Assembly (NCBI RefSeq): GCF_009914755.1
Contig: NC_060942.1
Reading direction: 5' to 3' (one strand)
Origin: the human T2T-CHM13v2.0 reference genome, Homo sapiens
DNA length: 64,000 nt
Shown in pieces: positions 14,621-31,402 of the stretch. A program made the position numbers and the translations under genes. The notes beneath the pieces are model-generated. The model worked only from the letters and a program-made list of their open reading frames with translations, was not told the DNA's origin and ran no database searches. Every line of letters begins with the position of its first letter. Position 1 is the stretch's first letter.

Positions 14621-16034
14621 ATATATTTTAACAAGGCAATAGCACCAATTTTCTCTTCTCTTTGATACTGAACTCGGAAGGGGATTGATGTGGTTGGTCA
14701 GGATTTATCTTGTCTTGTCAGATCTGTGTGTGTGTGTGTGTATTTTCATGTACACAAGATGTCTCGATTCTTGCTTAATGGTTTGGTTCTTTAGTTGTAA
14801 GATAATATGATGGTAATGTCTAACTTTCATATTTATAAAATAGGAGATTCTGAGAGTTTTAAAATTACTAAATCAGATAAGGACCACTGTAAAGTTGTAT
14901 TTGAAATATATAATATTCCTTTTTTAGGACAGGTAGTGATAAAATCCTAATGAGTTGTCATGTTTTAAGATCTGTGAAGTTCCCTAATTGGTATTCATAC
15001 AGGTATTTTTAATGGAAATAACTTCTTGCAATCTAAAATGTTGTGAAAGAAACTTTACTATATTCCTTCTGCCATTATCTCTAGAACATTTTCTTTTCTT
15101 AGATATGTTGTGTCTGTTGCTTCTAAAAGAATAGGTATATTGTGATTTATTAAAGGCTTCCTGCTTATAAGACATACTTTTTAAAATATTTGAACATTTT
15201 TGAAATTGTGATGTGTTTTAGAGTTAATTGGTACATTAATTTGTTTTTTCTTTTAAAACTTTTAGAAAAGCTTTTATTAAATCAATTAACTGCCTCAAAA
15301 TGGATGGTCTCTTAGAATAACATAAATACTGTATGTTAAATTATTATAATGTACTACATAAGACATTCATTGTTCTCATGGGACCTTTTGATTAGTTGAT
15401 TCCAATTTTGGCTCTCAAGTTATTTCTTATATAGGAATTTAGTGTTTGAACTTCGGCCTCAAACACTGATTTTTGTGACCTGCAGGCAATACATTGAGAA
15501 TTTATTAATGAACTTATTATTCCTCCAGAAATTTTCTCTTTATGTGTCATCTACTTTGCTGTTATGTTCTGAATTCTTTGACAAGTGGGGCACCTCCCCA
15601 GGATTTGGATACCTTCTTCATGTCCCTGTTTCCAGTGCTCTGTCATGAAGGGACGTCCTCTGATGCCAGGGAGTGGATTGATGGCTTATGACCTTTGACC
15701 TGACTCATGGCCTAGTCAACTTTTCTTTGTGCTAGCCTGGGTTTGCTTTGTGCTTGGATGGTTATCCACTTCTGTAGTCAATAGCTAATTTGGATAGTTT
15801 TTCATTTTTATTTTTAAAGCAACATTAGAGTGTTGGCAGAGATATCAATAGTTTTATATTTTAAAACTATTATAGTTTAATTTTTAAATAAAGGAAACAC
15901 ATTTTTGTTGGTTTTAGACTTAGGAGTGATTTTAGTAGGGGAGAAAACAAGTTTGTGGACAGGACCAAAATACTTGGAAGTTGATGGATTTAGCACATAG
16001 ATTTTTGCTGCAAAAGAAACAAAGCATTGGGGGA

Positions 16035-16520
16035 TTGTTTTCAACAGTCACAAAAAATTGGAAACAACTCAAATGTTCATTGACTGCCACAATGTGATAC
16101 CATTTTTGAAAAGCTCAAAAACAAACCACACTAGGCAATGTATTACTGTGTAATACATTGCTAATGTAATACATTACTAATGTACTAAGCAGTGTATTAG
16201 TGTGAAATGCTGAATAATATCATTATTTCCTACTTGATTTTATAGCTTTACCATGGATGGACTGGTAGTTTTAATTTTTAAATAAGGGAAACTCCTTGAT
16301 TTTATAGCTTTACCATATATAGCTTTACCATGTCCATCCATGGTAAATCTGTAAAATCGAGTAGGGAATAATGATATTACTCAGCATTTCTTAGAGAATA
16401 GGCAATGAGATGAGAGAAGGAAGGGACACAACACGTATCGTAGTGCATTCAGACTCACCTGAAAGTCACATCTGTTCTCAGTTGGGTGGGAAATACCATG
16501 TAATGAAAACATTCTTAAGA
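16035..16520 (+). mobile_element. Old L1M (L1MC/ME-type) 3' fragment, interrupted by a templated insertion
   Basis: aacagtcacaaaaaattggaaacaactcaaatgttcattgac and catggtaaatctgtaaaatcgagtagggaataatgat resemble L1M 3' end sequence. Confidence 0.55.
16204..16390. repeat. 59-bp inverted repeat (54/59 identity) with a 69-bp spacer
   Basis: Left arm 16204-16262 is gaaatgctgaataatatcattatttcctacttgattttatagctttaccatggatggac. The reverse complement of 16332-16390 is gaaatgctgagtaatatcattattccctactcgattttacagatttaccatggatggac. Confidence 0.95.
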
Positions 16521-17326
16521 TCAGTTTTAAAAAGGCAACTTAATAATTGGTTATCTTGTGGAGAATCATAAATGTACACCTAGGATATGAATTAAAAGGT
16601 TCCTAGGATTGTATGGATATTTATGTATTTCTTGGTATTTAAAAGTTATTTAGGAAGAGTTATTTAAAAAAGTTTTATGGAAAGTAAGTCATTAGATGGA
16701 AGTTGTCTAACTTGGACAAAAAGGGCTAAATATTGCTAATTTCTTCAGAGGCAAAAAAAAAATATTCTCAATCTCACCTGACAAATGTGAAGATCAGATG
16801 TGAAGGATTTGGAAAATACTGTAAATTTAGATGCTGTTAAAGCATAAAGTTTCTTTTCCTCATCCTTTCTATTCTTGCCTTCTTTATAAAATGTAATCAT
16901 TTGGTATTGTGGTTCCACAGAGTTTCAGCTTTGCTTGAAACTATCTTCTTGCCTTTGCCTATGTGTTTGATTTTAGTAATTGAACTTACGTATTTGTTTT
17001 ATGTTAGTTGCTTTAACATACTTTCTCCATCAATTTTGGGAAAACAGAACAAAATGCTGCAGGTGGTGAGGATATATGAGGAATATCAATATGTATAAGT
17101 ACGCATTTAGAGTAGCTGAGAGTCTAGTTTTGCCTCATTTAGGAAACCGGTCTTATGGTTATTCATCAGTCTGGATGTCTGTTGTAGCGTCTAACTCCAG
17201 CTCTGCCAAGGATCCTGCCTCATACGAGGAGTCTGTATTCATTTGCTCACTCTGTCTGTGTATAGCAGCCTGGGATTTCTTGCATATCTCTTCTTTATTA
17301 GTTGGTTTATCACTCCAACTTAAATA

Positions 17327-18493
17327 CAGTCATGTGCTGATAAATGATGGGGATATGTTCTGAGAAATGAGTTAGGCGATTTTGTTACTGTGCAAACATC
17401 ATGGAGTGTATTTACATGAACTAGATGATAGAGCCTACCACACACCTAGGCTAGATGGTATGGCCTATTGCTCCTAGGCTGCAAACCTGTCCAGCAGGCG
17501 ACTGTACTGAGTGCTGTGCGAGTGTACCTAAACATAGAATGGTACAGTAAGAGTACAGTACGAAAGATAAAAAGGGGTGCAGTTGTATCTGTGCAGGGCA
17601 CTGAATTGTGAATGGAGCTTGCAGGACCGGGAGTGGCTCTGGATGAGTGAGTGGTGAGTAATCGTGGAGGCCTAGGACATTACTGTACACTACTGTAGAT
17701 TTTATCAACACTGTTCACTTAGGCTACACTAAATTCAATTTAAAATTTTTTCTTTTTTAATAAACTGTATCTTACTGCAAGTTTTTCACTTTATGAACTA
17801 TTTTTTAAAGTTTTTGACTCCTTTTTGATAACATTTTGCTTAAAACACAAATATTCCATAGCTGTTCAAATGTATTTTCTTATATCCATATAAGAATGAG
17901 AATATTCTTATTTTTTCTATCCTAAATTATTTTATTGTTTTACTTTTAAAACTTTTTTGTTAAAAACTGTGACACAAACACATTAGCTTAGGCCTACACA
18001 GGGTAAGGATGATCAGTATCCCCATCTTCCATCTCTGTATCTTGTCTCAGTGGAAGGTCTTCAGGTGCGATAACAGTTATGGAACTGTCATCTGCTATGA
18101 TAACAATTCCTTCTTCTGGAAGGCTTTCTGAAGGACCTGCCTGAAGCTGTTTTACACTTAACTTAAAAAAAAAAACGATAAGTAAAAGGAGTACACTCTA
18201 AAGTAATGACAAAAAGTATTATATAGTAAATTTATAAGCCGGTAACATAGTTGTTTACTATCATTATCAGTTACATACTGTTAATAATTAGTTATGATAT
18301 ACCTTTATATGTTTGACAGCAAAGCTTTATTTATAGCAGCATCACCACAAACGAATAATGCACTGCACTGAGATGTTTGGATGGCTATGAGGTCATTAGT
18401 CAACAGGAATTTTTCAACTTCATTATAATCTTACGGGACCATTGTCATATATGTGGTTAATCACTGATTAAAACATTACATGGTATGTGACCA
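17327..18493 (+). mobile_element. Tigger3b-like TcMar-Tigger DNA transposon, near full length
   Basis: TA|cagtcatgtgctgataaatgatggggatatgttctgagaaatg...cctaggctagatggtatggcctattgctcctaggctgcaaacctg...cattataatcttacgggacc...tgtgacca|TA. About 1.17 kb and flanked by TA. Confidence 0.85.
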
Positions 18494-21400
18494 TATGTAA
18501 TATTTTTCTTGCTCACATTCGTTTCTAGTTTTTTTTTATTTAATTATGTAACTATTTCCTCACTTTCTCTTTTTATTTCTTGTTGCAAAGGAACATATCA
18601 TTAACAATTAAGTATTTACCTGCTTAAACAGAAAACAGAACCATGATTTCAATAAAAATACCTTGCATCCAGTCATTTCCGGAAGGGAATTACATGGTAT
18701 TCATAATGCGTAATACATTTATTATGATTTGTAGAATATATGCTGAGAAAAGGAGAATGTGTGAATTGTGAAAAATTATTTCCTCATAATGACTTGACTT
18801 GGTTGATTTATGGTTAAATGTCATTTAGTACAACCATTGAGAGGCTTTCCTGGATTTTTTTTTTTTAAGACAAGATTTCACAAGCTTTAAGTTTGGCATG
18901 TTATTAAATAACTGAAGAAAAATCTAAGCTCAGCAGAATTTCAAACCACTGATTCTGTGTTACATACATGGATTGTGTGTATGTGTGTGTGTATGTCATC
19001 TTTGAATATTACCATCATTGCTATTATTTGCCAATACTGTCTAGGGTTCAGAACAAGTGCTGTTTTTGGTACCATTTTGCTGACGTTCAGCACAAGTTTA
19101 GCTGCATTAGTAAAGCTCATATTATCCTATCTCTTAGTTAAAATGTCAATATTTTGAAGAATTTTCATTATGAATATAATTTTCTGAGTGAAACCATGCA
19201 ATGTATAACACATATACTTTGAGGAGAAAGTAACAAGATAAATCACTTCATACATTTATATACACGTATGTTTTTGGGTAGAATTTTAAAATGAATCTAA
19301 GTGAAGTTTAATGGTTTGTAACATTGAAGAATTTGTCAAGAATTATCAACTACAGTTCTACATAGGAAATAGTTAAATGTTCTAGTTTTTAGGATTATAA
19401 AAGCTGTCAGGCATTAGAAAATTAAAATGTTGCTTGGTGATTTTTAGAATATTTAAAAAATGTGCTTAGTATGTTTGTAAATATGGGGATATGTTCAACT
19501 ATTTTAATGCTATAAAGTTTCTTTTCCCAGGTTAAGCTCTTGTGATTAGGCATGACTCAGGGCTTGCAAATAATAAAAATTATGATCAATAATTTTCACA
19601 CAGCAAGTTTTCAGAGATGATAAAGTTTTTCAGTGTTGCTGACATTTAAAAATTCTTTCTTTTTTTTTTTTTTGTCCTCTGCAATAAGTAGTCAAATTCT
19701 TGAGGACTCCTAATATATATCTGGACAACACTGATCAGAAAAAGCTTGGGTTTTACTATTGAGAACATGATTATTCAAATAGCCTTTCTACCACCAAAAT
19801 TACACATTACAGGTTTAATTTAAAATTAGCTGACATATCATTGCTGCACATTTTTATTTGAAAACATTAAAAGACAACTTACAAAGTTTTAATTTAAAAT
19901 TGTTTATTAATACAAATAAGATTTTGTTTCTGCTTCAGTTTTATCCCTTTTGACTTTAAAAGCCAAAGGGAAAAATTTCTTCCAATCACTTTCAATCTAT
20001 AGAAAATGAAAAGAATTTTAATTTTATGGCCATAATCATAAACAGTACATTAGGTTTTGTATAATAACATGTACCATTAAAAGACTTCATTATGGCAGTA
20101 TCCTATGATCTTCACATCAAAATGAGGAGGAAAGAACATTATTAAGTATGGGAATTTCATGGCAGTTTTACCTGTTGTGGACCCTGTTATGTCAAAAATA
20201 TAGTGCAGTGACTTCTGAACTAGCTGACAGACACGAAAGCCGTTGTGTCACTGTGTGTTATCACCTCCTGTAACTGAAAGTGCTCCCAGAAGCCAGTCTG
20301 TGTTGTGGAGTTCTAGATGAGGTCTTCATGGGTGCTGACCATAAAAAGTTCATCAAAGTAATGAGGCGAAGAGAGCGCTTGGTGCTCATGGGCAGAGCTC
20401 AGCACCAAGGAGTGTGAACTGGCTCCAGCTGTGACAATAAAACAGCAGGTGGCTGCTGTCATTAGGGGTGGCAGATGAGGCAGGGGACTAACATTCAGCC
20501 CACAAAACTCTCATTTGTTAGCCATTGCCACTGTACCATGCAAAATAGCTTCCATCTCAGTCAATTTTCCTTTGCAGAATATTATACACAGCCATAGGAA
20601 TATGAGAGCATCGCGTGTACAGGTCTCCTCTCTGCTGTCCTCCCCTCTCCTCTCATCGTGGCTCCTCTGCTCTGCCCTTTCCTTACCTTATATTTTCTTC
20701 ACATCCCCCAGCCTTCTTGCTGGAAAACACTACTTCATCAACGATGTTGGGTATGGCCTGTATCAATTCCAGTAAGGTATTGGAATTTTAGAAATTAATG
20801 GTGCCCATTTTGCCCTCATGCTGCAATTATTACTTAGACTTAGATGTTGTTTTAACTATGTAGATGATCATAAAACCTAACTGAGATACCGTTTTTTAAG
20901 AATCCATACTGTCTTTGTTATCTGTTGTGAAGAATTTAAAACTGCAGTGAAAGAAAAAGAGGAATGCAGCAGAGATGTCAGAAAAAAATTCCTGTATTTA
21001 TTGTTTGAGATGCCTTACCACAAATTTCAGAATTTATTGGCTCCCGAATCATTCTAGTTTGGAAGTAAAGGATAGTTTTTAAAAATAATATATGTGTCTG
21101 TGAACATTTTAGTATACTGTTATTTTTGAAAGTACAACAGTAGGTCAAGTCTTAACATCTTATTTGGGGAATAAAACTCCAAATAATAGAAAGCTTTGTA
21201 TTCCATTTAATACAGGAGGCAAAGGAAATTAAAGAAGTATGATAAGTTATTGGAGATGTATCTTATTGGAAACTATAAAAATTAGAAGAGTGTGAAATTG
21301 TCATTCTTTTTTGGAACTTTTCTAAGGCAGAAGAGAGGCCTAAATTCACTGGACAAAGTATGAGGTTGGTGCAAGGGTCACAGTTTTGTCCATGAAAGTC

Positions 21401-22740
21401 CTTTCCAGCCTCATTTTCACCCAAATCCGTGCTATAGCCTTGGCACATATGTAAGCTTCTCAGACTGGTTTACATTTTCTCACACTTTTCTTCTCTTCCA
21501 GGAATATCATCCTTCTCATGGAAATCCTAGTTATCTGTACATTTTACTTCTTCTTTGAGAGTATCCTGAATTCTTTTAGGCATTACTATATCTTACCTAC
21601 ATTATCATCTTGTGGTATTTTTTGCCTACCAACATAAGATGCAAAATTGTTTAACAGTTAATTGCTTTTGTCGCTCATTTTACTGATATGTGAACTTTAA
21701 AATAAAACCTAAATGAGTGGTGCAGTATGTTCTTTTTCAGCTGAGGGAAAGTCATTTACTTTTTAACTTGATTCATATGTAAATCATCAGCTTTTCTTTT
21801 CTATAGATTTATTCTGGACAGTTCATATGAATGTGATTATACAATATGTGGCCTTTTGTGTCCAAATTTATTCAACTGGCATGTTTTCATGATTCATTCA
21901 TGTCATAGCATGCATCAGTGCTTCCTTCTTGTGGCCAACTAATACTGCATTGTGTGGACCCAGCACCGTTTGGTATTCACCCGTTCATCATTTCATGGTC
22001 ATCAGGATGATTTTCACTTTTTAGATATTATGACTAACGGTGCTGTGAACGTTTCTGCACAGATTTTTGAGTGGACATAAATTTTCAGTTTTCTCGGGTA
22101 TATAGGAGTAGAATTGCTGGATCTTGTGCTAACTATATGTTTAACTTTGTGAGAAGCCATCAAATGTTTCTTGCTAGCAGTGTATGAATTTTTGAATTTC
22201 TCTGTATCCTCACCAAGACTTGTTGTTTGTCTTTTTGATTATAGCTCACCTGATGTGTTTGAAGTGATATATCATTGACGTTTTGATTTCAATTTTCCTG
22301 AAGAGTAATGCTCTTGAGCAACTTTTTATGTGCTTTATATTGCCTATTTTATATATTTTATGGGGAAATATCTATTCAGATCCCTTGCCCGTTTTTACTT
22401 TGTATTGTCTTTTTATTGAGTTTTCTGAAATTTTTATTCTGGATATTGTCTTTTTAATTTATTGATTGTGTCCTTTGAAGCACAAACTTCTTTAATTTTC
22501 ATGAATTTCAATTTACTCTTTTGTCATTTGTGCTTTGGTGTTATATCTAAAACCATTGCCTAATTTAAGATCCCAAAGATGTATTCCTCTAAGATTTTAT
22601 AGCTTTTTACCCCTTACATTGGGATTTTTGAATCACTTTGAATTACTTTTTGGATATATCATTAGGAAGGAGTTCATTTTATTCTTTTCTAATGTGGCTA
22701 CGCACGTCTCAATACCATTTGTTGAAAAGTCTATTCTTTT

Positions 22741-26817
<4,077 letters not shown>

Positions 26818-26873
26818 TGTCTTGGCATTCTTGTCACAATGAATTGATCATAAATGTAAAGGCTTATTTATGA

Positions 26874-27588
<715 letters not shown>

Positions 27589-29965
27589 ATATATTTCATT
27601 TTTATGCTATTATCGCACCTTGATTATTGTTGCTTTGTAGTTGAAACATGTGAGTCCTTCAACCTTATTCTTTTTCAAGATTGGTTTGGTTATTCTGAGT
27701 CTCTTGCATTTTTATGAATTTTTAAGGATCACTTTGGTAATATTGGCAAAGGGGCAGGTTGGAATTTTGATAGGGATTGCATTGAATTTCTGAGTCAATT
27801 TGGAAAGTATTGTCACATAAAGTATATTGTGTTCCAATGCATGAACATGGGATTTCTTTCTATTTACTGAAGTCTTCTGCTTCTTGTAGTGAAGTTTTAA
27901 AGTTTTCAATGTATGTCTTCCACTTCTATTGGTAAATTTACTTCTAAGTATTTTAAATGTTTTTATACTTTTTTTGATTTTTCTTTGTTAGTGCATAGAA
28001 ACACAATGCATTTTTGTGTATTGATTTTGTATCTTGCAACATTGCTGAAATTGTTTATTAATTTGAATAGTTTGCTATTTTAAATTCTTCAGGATCTTCT
28101 GTGTACAAGATCCTGTCATCTGTGAATATGTCTTTGTAGAAGGTTTTTTGACTCTTCATTCAGTTGCTTTACTTGTTATAGCTCTATACAGATTTTAAAA
28201 TTTCTTGTTTAGTTGTGCTTCACTTGTTTTCTTCTTTCCAGGAATTTGTCTGTTTCATCTAGATAGTTTAGTTGGCACATGGATGTTTATAGTATTCATC
28301 TTTAATTCTTTTTACCTTTGTAAGGTTAGTAGTAATATTCACCCTTTTCATTCCTAGTTAATAATTTGGGTCTTCTTTCTTTTTTCTTCTTCATCTGTTC
28401 AGCTAACAGTTTGTCATTTTTGATGATCTTTTCAAAGAACTAATTTTTGGATTTGTTGATATTGCCTATTTTTCTATGTCATTATTTATATTCTAATTTT
28501 TATTTCATCCCTTCTGCTCACTTTTGGTTTTGTTTGCTTTTCTAGTTTTAGTTATGGTGGAAAAATTAGGTTCTTGATTTGAGATCTTTTATTCGTTTAT
28601 TTTATTTTATTTATTATTTTTAAGGAAGTCAAATGAGGCAGTAAGAATGGAGACTTTCTTTTTTTAATATACAGATGTTTAAAGATATAAATTTCCCTGT
28701 GTCTATTGCTTCAACTACATCTTCTGAGTTTTTATATGTTCCATATTTGTTTCCATTCATCTCAAACTGTTTTAAAATTTATTTTGTGATTTCTTCTTTG
28801 ACCCACTGTATTTATGAGTATGTTTCATTAACACATATTTGTTAATCTCCCAAATTTCCTTTTGTTATTTGACTTCTAATTTTATTGTATATGACTAAAG
28901 GAAATAAAAGTATTTCTTGTATGATTTCAATCTCTATAGATGTCCTGATGCTTATTTTATATCCTATCATATGATCAGTTCTGGAGGCTATTCTCTGGGC
29001 ATTTGAGGTTGTTTTTATTGTGTGACATATTCTATAGATGCCTTTTATTTCTAGTTGATGTACCTTGTTGTTCAAATCTTCCTTTCATTGTTTATGTTTC
29101 ACATTAAGTCTATTTATTACTGAAAATGGGCTTTTCAAGTCTCCAAATCTTATTGTTGAAATTTCTGCTTCATTTCTATAATTTGTTGTTTTGTTTATTT
29201 TGGAGGCTTTGTTATTAGTACGTTTGTGTTTGTTCATTCTTTATAGAGTACCAACTTTTTGTTATAAATGTTCTCCCCCGTTTTTTGGCTTCTAGTAACA
29301 ATCTTCCTTTTAACATTTATTTTCTCTGATATGAATATAGCCGCTGCGGCTTTCTTTTGGTTACTGATTGCATGGTGTATCTTTCATCCTGATACGTTCA
29401 ACTTACTTGAGTCTTTGAATCTTATGTTTATGTCTTGTAGACAGCATATACTTGGATCATGTTTCTTGAATTTGTTTTGCCAGTCATTACTTTTTGCTTG
29501 AAATTTTTAGTCCATTTACCTATAATGTCATTATTGACAAGTAGAATTTACAGGATTTACACGTGCTATTTTGTGTTTTTCTACATGTCTTTATGCCTTT
29601 TTTGTTATGGTATTTTACTGTTTCTTCTTATTTTGTGTTAAATAGGAATTTTTCTTATTTATATTTTTACTTCCTTATTCAGTTCATGCATATACACACA
29701 TGTATGTATATGTATGCATGTGTGTGTATAAATTTTCTTAATTCTTAACCTAGGGATGACAGTGAACATCTTATAACAATCTAGTTTTTACGAATACCAA
29801 CTTAATTTCAATACTGTATAAAAGCTCCTACATACATTATTTCCTCACCCCCTACTTTGTCCTGTTACTGTCATATAAAATGTATCTTTCTACTTTTATA
29901 TCCATCAATACAAATTTGTAATTACTGTTTTAACTAGATGCCTTTTAATTGGACAGGGAAAATAA

Positions 29966-30372
<407 letters not shown>

Positions 30373-31344
30373 TAATTTCCATTTAAAGAACTGCGCTTAG
30401 TATTTCTTGTACAGCAGGTCTGGCTGATGGTGTTTTTTGTTTTTTCTTTTGTGTATCTGGGTGTGTCTTCATATCTCCTTTGTTTTCATTTGTACTGTTT
30501 TGCTGATACAGAAATTTAGATGACAGTAATTTTTTTTCAACACTTTGAATATGTCATCCCCCTGCCTTCTGACTTGCATAGTTTGTGTGGAGATGTTAGT
30601 TTTTAATCTTATTGTGCATACTTTGTAATGGATGACTGACTTGACTCTGTTGCTGCTCTCAGGATTCTCTTTTTCTGTTTAGCATTTGACAGTTTGAATA
30701 TGTGGTATTCTGTGGACATGTTTGAGTTTTTCCTATGTGGTAATTATTGAGTCTCTTGGATGTTAAGACTAATGTTTTGCATCAGATTTGTTAAGCTTTT
30801 GATCATGATTTCTTCAATTTCTTTTCCTGCCCTCTTCTTACTATGTTTCTTATTATGTCCTTAATATTATGTCCTTATTAATTTCTTATTGTTTCCTGGT
30901 CATTTTTCCTCTTCCCCCTCTTTCTTCTTCTCCTTGTTATTCTCCTTTTTCACCTTCATTTTGTTTCTCAGACTGGATCAGAAAGACCTTGCTGTATTTT
31001 CTGTGACTATTTTCTTCTGCCAGTTCAAATCTGCTCTTGAGTTCCTCTAGTGAATTTTTCGTTCAATTATTTTACTTTTCAGCTCCAGAATTTATATATG
31101 CTTCTTTTTTTTCATTTTTATTGATAATCTTTATTTGTTAACCCATAATTCTCTTATTTTCCTGTATTTCTTATTTCCTGTAGTTCTTACTTATATTTTC
31201 CTTTTTTTTTTTTGAACATTTTTATGATGCTAGTTGAGTTAGTGTTTTTGTCTAGCAGTCTTATCTGGGATTTCATGGAAATGGTTTCTGTTGACTGCTT
31301 TTTTCCCCCAGTATATAGGCCATATTTTTCGGTTACTTTACATG

Positions 31345-31402
31345 TCTCTCTCTCTCTCTCTCTCTCTCCATATATAAATATATATATATATGTATGTATG
31401 TA
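31345..31402. repeat. (TC)12 + (TA)n + (TATG)n microsatellite
   Basis: Read directly. Confidence 0.85.
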
